From positions 4,030,001 to 4,094,000 of the forward strand of contig CDRNST010000060.1 of assembly GCA_977016875.1 (NCBI GenBank): DNA of 64,000 bases. Reading direction: 5' to 3'. Below the pieces are notes generated by a model. The model ran no database searches and had not been told where the DNA came from. It was given only the letters and a program-made list of their open reading frames with translations. Shown here piece by piece: positions 32,310 to 43,800 of the stretch. Made by a program: the position numbers and the translations under genes. Source of the DNA: Pavona decussata (Eukaryota). Numbering within the stretch: the stretch's first letter is position 1; every line of letters starts with the position of its first letter.

Positions 32310-32662
32310 CAGTCAACCCAGGTCACGCGTGAACAGTATTTCCAAGAATGAAATGAACATTCGAATTTCTCTTTGTAATGTCCGACGTGTGAATGGAATG
32401 TTGGACATTTCTCTAAAAATCGTTCCGAAAAAGACGCATTAACTGAAAAAAAAGATTCAAAATACTTGGGAAACAATTGTTATTCTTGAAATATTAAATT
32501 TTGCAATGTAAAGAAAAATCCATAGCTTTATACCGTCAATAAGCTAGGGAAATTTATACGGGAACTCTGAAATCTCGTTGGCGATTTTCAAAACTGACAT
32601 GTAAATTTCAAAATTCCGCTCAAATTTCAAAAATATCGTTCACGCGTGACCTGGGTTGACTG
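32310..32662. mobile_element. Tc1/mariner-type MITE, copy 2 (inverted relative to 28451-28801)
   Basis: Same perfect TIRs and TA TSD; the interior is a near-identical reverse complement of copy 1. Confidence 0.85.
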
Positions 32663-32819
32663 TAAATTTATTGGGTGAAGCCATTTCACAAATGAGAAAG
32701 GCTGCCATGTTTTTTCATCAAATCATAAAGCTCACTTCACTTTTTTTCCCCCGAGAATCATGGATTTTCTAATCGTGACATTTCAAGCATCATGACCAAA
32801 ATGGCATGACGGAACAGAA

Positions 32820-33430
32820 TTATTGTATCTGACTGGGGTCCAGTTGAGTAGTACAGCCCTGCACTGGGGCTTGCCAAGACCGTTTTCCAGGTTGCATGGC
32901 ACATCACGTCTCCTGATTATCACGCCCGGAGCGATTCCTTCTCCTCACTCAGGTAAATTCTCATATCGGTCCGAAGCACACTGTGGTAAAGAATCAGTCA
33001 AGAACTCAGGTATTATCAGTGACAGGCAATTTTCTCTCGACAATTTTTACGTGGTTGGAATTAAGCGTGACATCACACGTCATCTGCCCCGCCATCTCTC
33101 AGCGAACTCCATCATTACTCCACTCTAACATGGTTTTGGTCATTGGTTATGATCGAAGAGAGGTTAATTGCTGACAGCAGACTCTCAAAGTCGCCTTTTG
33201 CATAATCGTAGACAAATCTCAGGGTTTTTGGTGGGGCTTTTATAAAAGTGTTAAACTGGAAAATAATGACGCTGTGGTCTTTAAAAGACTCCGTATCTTT
33301 TGGAAACAAGTAGTGTTGGTTACATTGACACGGTTCGGTACGCTCGTGATTACAAGGTCAAGTATGTTGTTGAGTACGCTGTTGTCAAGGATGTTGCGAC
33401 GACCTGATTTCCTTAACAATGTCAACAATC
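32820..33430 (-). mobile_element. Degenerate LINE ORF2 fragment (end of APE endonuclease and linker)
   Basis: Frameshifted NNILDLVITSVPNRVNV..., FKDHSVIIFQF, RFVYDYAKGDFESL motifs. Confidence 0.6.
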
Positions 33431-33708
33431 CATCGAAGGAGCAATCGTTTTCGGGAAAACGGCAATAAAAATTGTAAGAATGAAATAAGGTAAAAGGAGT
33501 CCAAGACTAGCGGTACCTCCAAGACTACAGGTCGTTTGACAACGAGTCATCCTTCTGTCATTCGTTTTAGCCCGTGCGCATGCTCAAACCTCAAAACGTA
33601 CCACATGCAAAACAAAATTACTACATTGTCATATATATACATGGCTGAATCTCCGTTGAAGTTAGTAAGGTGGACCTGAGGTGCCAACGAAAGGGATCTA
33701 TCTCATAT

Positions 33709-35173
33709 CGGCAGGTCTATTCCGGGGGTGAGGGGTGGGGGGTGAGGGGTGGGGGGTAGGGGGTGGGGGGTGAGGGGTGAGGGGTGAGGGGTGAGCCAAT
33801 TGTTCGAAACGAATTCTAGTCTGAAATATCAGCCGTCTCTTCTCCCTAACCCACAGGGGGTTATGGGGAGGAAACAGCTGACATTTCAGACTATAACAAT
33901 TCAAGATTCAAGACTGTGGTTTCTTTCCCCTATTTTACTGAGATCTGAGACGCATCTAATACCCGACATTCACTAATGGAGTGTATTGTAACGTGGTACA
34001 TGTGACACTGATAAGTTTCCTGAGAACTATAATTTTTACATTGTTGCTAATTTATTTGAATTTAATCAGTGATTTAATTCACACACTATCTTAGGTGCTA
34101 AAACAAAATGGGTTCCATAGCAGCCCAGAAACCCCTTTCCCTTTGTCATACTGTCTCCATATGTGACCCTCCACGCGAAAAGAGGGCTTATGGATTTCAC
34201 TCCAAATAGTGAATTTTTTTCACGGTCACGGCGCGTGTATTTGAAACTTCACACTGTGAGGTGGAAATTTCACGCCGTGTTCACGCTATTCCGAAACGTT
34301 TTCACTCTGGGAGTGAATCTGAAGACTGGGAAATAAATTCACGCCGCACGGTCACGCCGTGAAAGTAAAATTATAAAGGAGTGAAATATTTCACGCCGTG
34401 AAATGTAAACCTCGCCGTGAAACTTTTCAATGGCGTCAGAGTGAAAAATAATGAAAATAATTTACTAGGATCCGGTTACGTATCGCGGCGAGTTTAATAA
34501 ACAAAATGCCCCAGTAAACATACTCTTGAAGTATTATAAAGCTTAATCCATTATTTACGCCAAAATTTCACAAATAAAACACAATATCCTTAATAATAGT
34601 GTTTGCTTTTGTTCAGCCAGGTCAACTTTCAAGTCAACTTAAGAACGTGTTTTGTGATCATTTGCATGAAATCAACATCTTGTGATAATGTTGTCAACAG
34701 CCTGTCAAAGTTCATTATTCCATTGGTTGGTTTATCGGTAGCCTGAGAAATGAGGCGCCTCTTATCGCACTTTAGTATGGATTGAGACGCGGTTGTTGGC
34801 AGACGTAGTATCTCAGAACTATAAACCTGTGATCAGGCTCTCAGTCTTGGTATTTTAAAAACCATTCCTGCAAAAATTTAGCGAGCGACCGCGTAAAAAT
34901 AAATAAGAGCACTGCTAAAATTGGGCCTTATCACAGGTTTAATGGGGAAACCGACTGAACTTCTGTCAAGGGACATTTAAACTCACCCCAGTTAAACTCA
35001 CCCCCCACCCCCACCCCCACCCCATCACCCCTCACCCCTCACCCCTCACCCCCCACCCCTCACCCCTCACCCCTCACCCCTCACCCCTCACCCCCCACCC
35101 CTCACCCCCCACCCCTCACCCCTTACCCCCCACCCCCCACCCCCCACCCCCCACCCCCGGAATAGACCTGCCG
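33709..35173. mobile_element. 1465-bp non-autonomous DNA transposon with an 8-bp TSD and (GGGGTGA)n subterminal arrays
   Basis: TSD TCTCATAT at 33701-33708 and 35174-35181; TIRs CGGCAGGTCTATTCCGGGGG / CCCCCGGAATAGACCTGCCG. Confidence 0.85.
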
Positions 35174-36187
35174 TCTCATATGGTCTAGGAGCCGACTTTT
35201 CTCTCCCTCACTTTCTCGTCGACGACAAGGTATCGGAAAGCAGGGCGGAACCATCTCCAGCTGGCATAAGCGAACTCTGGTGGTGCATCGTCACGGTACA
35301 ACGCTCCGGCACAGCGTCCAGAGGTACCGCTGTCGGCTGTATTTTTCTCTCTTTTTCAGCCATTTTGATCTTAAGGTTGGCAAGTCGCCCGAAGACATCG
35401 TAGGGAAAGAAGCGTTACATTCATGTCCCTTTTCATGTCCTTGTCAAATTGACGGGTATTGTGTGTGGTAGTTGGGTAAAGCATTTTTAATCGTCAACAC
35501 TGTAATGCAAGTAGAAAATCGCGTAGGAACAGGGCCCAGTGGTCCAAAACCATCATAGCTGGAAACAGGATTTTTAGCATACTTAATAAGGGCAAGTTTG
35601 CGCGATACGATTTATCGGCCCAAAACGGCCTTCAAGCATTGGGGTGATTACGTAAACGCGGTCTAAAGTTTTCATCTCGTACCGGAATATGGGGGGAATG
35701 AAAGTCGAACCGCTATATAATGTAGACATCCCATTGGGGAAAGTGCTACGTTCAATTGGTCAAAAATAACAATCCGATGTGAAGATTTTGGGGGTTACCC
35801 TTGATGATCAATTAGCTTTTTAAGTCACGTGAGCAATATTTGCCAAACAAATCGCAAACTATGGGGAATTACGCGATGCGCGCGTCTTTCCACTGCCGCC
35901 TAACTGGGCCTCAGGTGATTTTCACTCGCGGTCGTCAGCTCAACTTCCTCGACTATCCCAGATTACACGAAGTCTCAAACAAAAGAAGTTAAAAAAAAAA
36001 AACAATCAAACCAAAGCTAAACAAAAATGATCTTTATTTTACAAATCGTTATTACTTCTAACATCCCATGATTTCCTGTGACGCTTTCATGACCAGTAGC
36101 AATCTTCCTTTCCAATGTATATCTTGCGGTCTGATAATCAAATCCATCTAAAAAGAGATTCAGAAAACCGCAACTAGCATTGTAAAA

Positions 36188-39100
36188 TTATATACAGCTT
36201 GAGGTCTGCAGTTGGTAGACTCTTGGCCCCTTCTTAAGTAAAAAGCCTTGGTTGTTTAGCGAGTAAACAAAGTCGTCGAAATTACGAATCTGTAGACGCG
36301 AATCCTGAGAAAAGAAAAGCAAAATACAATGAAGTGAATTGAGATGCATGATTAACCTTAGCGCCTTTAATTTTCGCGGGTGAACGTTTCGCAAAATATC
36401 CAGTACAAAAAAAACAGCGTAATCTCGTTCAAACAAAATAGTATCCAAAAGTAAAATATCGATAAAATATCGGTCAAGGGAATGGGACGACTCGACCTCC
36501 CTCACTCTTAATCTTTTTAATGAACTCGTCCCAACTCTCTACGTTTTGAGAAAAATCCAAAATGGCATCGATACAGACTCATAACGTGGCCAGTTTCTAC
36601 TCCTCCAGCTCCACCGACGTAGCACTGCAGTTTCTTTAGAAACTAACCCACTATCCGTCTCTTGTTAGGTTCACCCTAGCTGGGCATCGCTTAGTAATGG
36701 TTGTAGGATGATTATAGCAAATTTACCTTGGCTATTCTTCTCATTTGTTCCACAGTGAAAAGGGAATTGTATTCCCTCTCTGATACACGACTTAACTCAG
36801 CAACAAAGCGTTTGGACTGAAGAAGAAACCAAACCAAGAGTTTAGTTCAAAGCTTAAGAGCAAACAGCTCAAACATTTTCAGCAGTTTCAACCAATCACA
36901 ATAAAAACAACCATACAATCGCCATCCGTCTGATTTATGAACGACTTCCACTTTCCAGGAACTGTTTGTAAATTTTTCCCGCGCTTAGCGCCCCTTGGCG
37001 CTGTTTGTATATTTTTTTCCCGCGCTTAGCGTCGCTTGGCGCTGTTTTCATATTTTTTCCCGCGTTTAGCGCGGGCTTCGCGCTGTTTTTATATTTTTCC
37101 CGCGTTTAGCGCGGGCTTGGCGCTGTTCGTATATATTGGTGCATAGCGCCGCTTGTCGCTGGTTGTACTTTTTTCCGAGCTTATGTTTTTCGGCACTTGG
37201 CATCGGCTGCCATGTTTTCGCGCACTTGGCACCAGTTATATGTCTCCCCGGTTGAATTTTATACCACACATTGGCACACATGTCAAGAGTCTTGTTACCA
37301 GTTACAAGTTTCCCCGCGTTTCGCATTGGCTACTGTACATACTTCCTACACATGACACCAAGGACATATTCAAGTACTACCTGAATGAGAATAACTCTAC
37401 CTGAGCTCTGGAACTCATTCCTGAACCGTGCTGTGATCGTTGAAAGTCTAGGTTCCCAAAGTCATCACTAAATGTATCAAGAAGGCTGTACTTCATAATC
37501 TCTACCACATCTTGGGCGTCCTGTTGACTTGCCTTCTCACGCATCTCCAGCCGAGCTCGAGCCTTCAATGACAAACCAAATATTGCAAAGATTAATGCAA
37601 ACAGTTCTATCTACTTTATGGATGACAGCTTTTTTGAGAAAGCTCTACAATTTCAATTTATTTCTATAGACTTTCGAACGTTTTCGGACATAGTCTATGA
37701 CAAAATCACTAGCCTACGATTACAGAAAGGGAGCCCAACATTTTCACGAGCGGTATTAGAAACCCTTTTCCCTCATGGTAAACTTTGCGTCAATAACTGC
37801 CGTTCATTTCTTAAGTCTGTGGATGATTATATTGCCGTGTTCAACCAACTAAAAGCACATGAGCAGTACTTTTGAAATTTCTTTTGCGTTAAGCTAACTG
37901 AATAAACGTATTACAAACGTACATCACACGATCGAGTTTGAAGTATTTCACTGGTTATTGCAGCTTATTACTCGCCCAACCAGAATCTCTTTCGTTTTTC
38001 TACGAAGGAGATGACTGAGCCTAGTTTTCAACTATGTGGGCAGTAAATTTCACTATGGGCGAATTGACTTGCACTGTTTCGCACCTGCGTAAGTCTTATA
38101 AGTGACTCCAGTTGTCTGGTGGTAATAGGAGTGCTGTCCGCGCTGTGATGCTGGCGTCTTAAGTCCAAATAAAAATTCTGTCAAACAACAAGAGCTGAAT
38201 CAGTTTAATGAACCAACAAGTACAGCTTACCTTCTTCGACACGGACCAACACTATCGGCCGCCTTACAGAGGGTCAAGGAAACCGGACATGGAAATTAAG
38301 ACAATAAAAAAAAAACAAAGTACTACGATAAACACACTTCCGTTTAATAAACTTGAATAAGTACCATAGAAGCTCTATTAAACTACGACTTTGTTGCAAC
38401 TCAGAACGACCCCCATCTTAAAGCTCTTGCTGCGTCATATCACTTCACAGCTCACGCATATAAACGTAGCTAGTATTTCTAGAGAAGGTTCTCAGGATAA
38501 AACCACTAATAGTGTTAGTATCAATTTTACCTGCAAGACTTCAGCCGCTGCCGGTGTTAGTTTAGGGTTGACATAAGTCCTTGCGTAACCAACATACTGT
38601 AAAGAAAACCAAGAATTATAAAACCAGAATTTGGAATACTCTAAACACCTCCATATTTACTAAGAACAGACGCGTGGCACAGCTCAGATATTGTATAACA
38701 ATATCTCACAGAGGGTTTCCCAGCAAACTAAACAGTTACAATCTACATCCTTGTGTAAACCACAAGCTGAAAAGAAATTCGCAAACAGAATACACAATAT
38801 ACCAAACAATGAGCTCGAGTTTCGTTCCATTGAGTGCGTACCCGGATGAAACTCCCACAACTCGCTGGTAACAAGAATTGCTCACCTTTCGAAGAAGGGG
38901 TCCGGGAATAGGATCAAACTCTTCATTTCGACCAATCTGCGAACAAACATATGAAACCGCGGTTCAAATTAATATACAAAACCCTTTATTTAAACGTGAT
39001 CAAAGAAAGTCAAAAACAGGTCGTAACAAAACCAGCAACAATGGCGTGATTTTGCAGAACAGTGCTTGGTAAATTAAACGAACCAACCGGTAAGAAACGG

Positions 39101-40848
39101 AGGAGACTTGCAGATGGATAACAGTGTGACGTATCAGCGAGCTGCAAGACGCGAGGCTCGCGTTTTCAAGTTTGTCCTCTTCGAAATTGCCATACAAAAA
39201 TGTATTTATTAAAACATACCCCGGAAGGGCTTTCGATGTAGGAAGAATAAAACTATAAATATAAAACCCCTCAACTAACAGGAAGTGATTCCGTTCGCCG
39301 GAGAGGATGCTTACTGCAGTGACGCGGATGACCCGAAGATTTCCAACTACGAAAAATTTCCACCGATTTTCAAGGAAGCAGAAGTTTGTCAAACAACCAG
39401 TTGAAAGTGTAAAACTGAGCATAGTCCGACATTTACCGAAAACTTCCTCGAAGGTCAGTGCTCCTTTAATTTCCCGCCGACACATAAAAACAATTTCTAC
39501 GAAAGTAGCCAGGAAAGAGTCCGAAGTCATTGGTAGAGTGACATGGCACATTAAAATTTACTTCAATGTTTAATGTTTCACCTTCAGACGTTCAGAGAGA
39601 GGTTTGTCTGCCTCCCACTGTCGCCTACTCTCATCTTCATCACTGCCACTGTCCTACATCGGATTAAAAAAAACCAATAAATTATCAGCGACCCTCATCA
39701 ACAACGCCAACTTAAAAATATCTACAAACTATGGCGTGCTTTCTTTTTTAGCACCACATAGACCACTACCAGTTTTGCAAATCGATTGGGCACGAGCACG
39801 ATGTTTGACGTTTCAATCATCACAAGAACGCTTGGGTTCTAACACTGCACATTGAAACTTAGGCTAAAAAATAGATCACACTTCACAGAAACCACTATTC
39901 GCCTAACAAAGTACAAAATGAACAGGCCACTTCTTTTTGCAAATGGTCGTGTATGTCAAGTATCGAACATAATGATTCTTTGTGCAGATTTAGAGGACAT
40001 AGAATTATAAGAATTTGATGACCTCTTTACCTCTCTTGAACGGCGCCGGGCAGTCGCTGTCGTAAATGCACTATAAAGAAAAAACGTCCTCTTTCATTAA
40101 AGATAAACTAGAGCAGTTTTCAATGAGTATCGCCGGAAAGTAATTAATGTTTGCTTTGGTTTTGCATAACTTTGCTCTGTAATTGGTTAGCAAAATTCGC
40201 GCCACTTTTTCGACCAATGGGAAGCAAAACCAAAACCAATCGTGACTTGTTCGCACGAGTTTTCCCGCGCTTAGCGCCGGTCACATGTATAAAGTTGTGT
40301 ACGGCTGTAGTAATTTCTCAGAGCAATTACTTTGGTTTGGTTGTAAGGTAAGCAATTCAAAACTGCTCTAAAATAAAAACGCTTATGTAATTCCAGACGA
40401 CCCTTGTATTATCAAATCAATATTTTGAGGGATTTTGCAAACACTGTAAGTTTGTCAAATGGCTCACCTCTTTTTCCCGGCATGTAATGCCATAACGTGC
40501 TCTGACAACATAGAATCCATCTCCTATTATAAACAAAGAGATATCATAATGAGAACAAAATAATTCTTGAAGTTAGCAACAAAAATTTGTCTGAAAGAAA
40601 TGTGATGTTATGTTTTAAGCCTGGTGAATAAATGATAGAGATATTCTTTTTAGCCAGTAACACAGGTATAAACGGAAAAACTAGGATTTTCTTTTTCCGA
40701 GTATGCCTGTGCCTTTGGCTGAAAACTGAAAATACCTCTACCATCAATTCGTCTGTAAACTATTACAGGTGAAAACGTACCTCATCCGGCTTATCCAGCA
40801 ATATGAAAACCTCAAAATGAAAGAAAACTGCTTCTTAAACTTAGGCAA

Positions 40849-40898
<50 letters not shown>

Positions 40899-43800
40899 GG
40901 CGGTTTTCAATTGAGTGTCGAAAGTAATTTCGCGTTTGCTTTGGTTGTGCTTTACTAGACTCTATGATTGCTTGGCAAAGTTCGCGCTATTTTCTCAACC
41001 AATCAACAGCAAGACCAAAACCAATCGTGCCTCGCTCGCACGCATTTCCCCGCGCTCGACGCAGGTTACATGTATTTGCTTCGAGTTCTGATTGGCTGAT
41101 TGTGCTGTTTACATCTGTTGTGATTGGCCAGAGAAATTACTTTGGTTTTGGTTTTACAACCCTCAATTGAAAATCGCTCCATGCACTGGAGCGGCCCGCA
41201 ACGTGAATTTATACTAAAAATCAAAACAAGACTAGTACAACTTACAAGGTCAAAACGTGACAACAGCGCACTTCCCATCCTAGACACAATAAAATAAAAC
41301 ATGTATGAGCAGTCTGCCAAATGCCGTGCCTTAACATGACGGTTTATAGACGGCGTTTGCGTTCAAAGGGACGACTTATGTCCGTATAGTTCTCCGGGCT
41401 GCTAGCTCTGTGAAGGAAGTTTGGTTTGCGGGATTGAACCCGTCGTGGAAATTAAGGTATTTAATTCGCGGCGATGGGGATATTCAAGTACTACAAAGTG
41501 TGTTAGCCGCGTAGCACCCATGTAATGCGATAGAAATAGAATGAAATTCTTTTTGAGTGCCAAAGTGAGAACTTCTGTCCTTACAGTTCCCCGGGCTGCT
41601 GGCCCTGTAAAGGAAATGTGATTTTGACTTACTTGAGGTTTTCAGACACAGTTTTTGCTTTGTTGTAATGACCGCCCACTGGATTAGCAGCGGCAAGAAT
41701 GGACGTCCTCGCTGGCAAGCTGAAATGATGCATTCACAAACATTGCAGTAAAATTATCTGAATTAAGCGGTACATTAATCTCCAAATAGAAAACCAAGTC
41801 ATGGGAAAAATAAACTTTATGGTAAGTAGTGTCCCGCTTGTGAATATCCGTAAGATTCCGCACCAAAAATTAATGTGAACTGAATCTATGCTTTGTTCTC
41901 CTCCCTCTCCAAAGAGAAATTCTTCTCAAACTTGATCCAGTTCTTCACAAAAGTTCCAATTTGATTTATTAGTTTTCCCAAAATAGGTAATCTGCCGTTT
42001 CGGCGAACAATTGTTCAATGGCCTGAATCCATCGGGTACAGGCTAAAAATGAAGTAAGCTATTTATTGACTTTCCGCCATGTACAAGTTTTTAGCATGCG
42101 GAAAGAGGTTAAAACAGTTTTCAACAGAAGATTGAAGAAACGAGGTGTTCAGTGAACCATTGTTTTGTTTTGTCAGTGTTCAATTCTTTTCAACTCGCAG
42201 TTTCGTAGAATGATATGATAACTGTGCATTTAATGAATGGTAGAAACTATAATAGTGTGTAGCCAATTTTAGAAACATCCTATTCTAACTCACCTACAGA
42301 CAATTCCAGCTTTTGCAATACTGATACTTTGTTGTTCCTGATAAAAATGACGATGATAGGGAATGAATGAATAAAAACAATTACGATGTCCTGAAAACAA
42401 AATAGTCATACTTCAAATAGTCATCTAGTTCCAACCTACACAGGTCCCTTTTTAAAAGTGGCCCATGGACTCAAATATAGCACTTCTTGCGCACAAACGC
42501 AGCGTCCATTTCTGAGCATTACTCATGCTCATCTGTGTTTTAGCCATGGAACAGCTAGCGTTTTAATAACATTGCCCAGTGTTATTAGTGTGAATCACGA
42601 CGATAATACCGTTCTGTACTTTCTTTATAAATATAAGCACTGACAGTCTCACCATTGCTTCTAACAAAGCTTGGTGTTGGCTTCCCATTTTGTCAAATTC
42701 ATCTATGCAACAGCACCCTGCCAGAAGAAGAGAACAATTGCAGTCCACTAAGTGAAAAACTCTTTACACACCTCTTCCTCGTTAGATTTTGATTCTTAGG
42801 TGCCATGAGCAATTTTGTTATTATTAGTGGGCATGTGCGCTCTGTAATTATATTACCAGTTTCCTTGGGAGCCACTTGGGAGGGGTGGCGGGGAGGGAGT
42901 GGTTAACTTGATGGAGAGTACTTTGCTACTGGCATTATTATTATCATTGTGGTAATACTAAAGTTAAACCATCCCTGTTGTGTCTGTAAGTAAAAGCATT
43001 TTATGATGCCCATACCTTTGTACTATTTACTCAAAACGAACAGAATAAATTTTTTTAAAAACTTCCTAAACTGAAATATATAAAGCATACTTGTATCATT
43101 TATTTTAAGATTTCTAACCCCAAGTTAATATTGACCCTTAAAAATGAAGAATGCCCTTGTGCAACTCTGAATCCAATTTTTTTTTCCAGGAGAGCATGCC
43201 CTACAGATTTTGGTCACAAATAATCTTGTACGTTGAGTCTTTGCTCCTGGCTGTGCAAGCTTGAAGAAACACACATTTATTTCCCAATCGCTTGTCAGGA
43301 GGAACAAAGACTCTGGGTACAAGATCCGGTCAAAACCAGGTCAACAGTGTACTGTACCTTGGTCCCCTAACACAAGTGCCCCAGCCTCTAGTGAGTAATC
43401 TCCAGAAGAGCCTTCTTTAGACAATGTAACCTAGAAAATAACAATGGAACAACTTAAGCTTTCGTAAAGCTGTTTAAGCAGCAAATTAATTTAGTATTTT
43501 TTCTCAGTTTTGTGCATGTAATCATATACTTTTGTCATGTTACCTGATCCCTACAAAAACAGACATCTTGAAAACTCTTTACTTTGCAAACAAAAACTGC
43601 TACAGAAGGTCGCAATGCCTACTCGTTGACTAAGAGTTGCAATGTAAAACATGTCTAAAATCGTTCATGTGCCTGCTTTCACCTGGGCGACATTTTTCAC
43701 TCTCAATAATTATTGTACAAAATGATGACATAATATAAAAAGAGAACCATAAGACCAACATAGCCATAATGTAGGATAGGGAATTACGTATTTCAATATT

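Noticed and set aside
39000-39573. 183-aa intronic ORF
   Set aside because: No recognisable motifs, non-ATG start, and it lies within an MCM8 intron.
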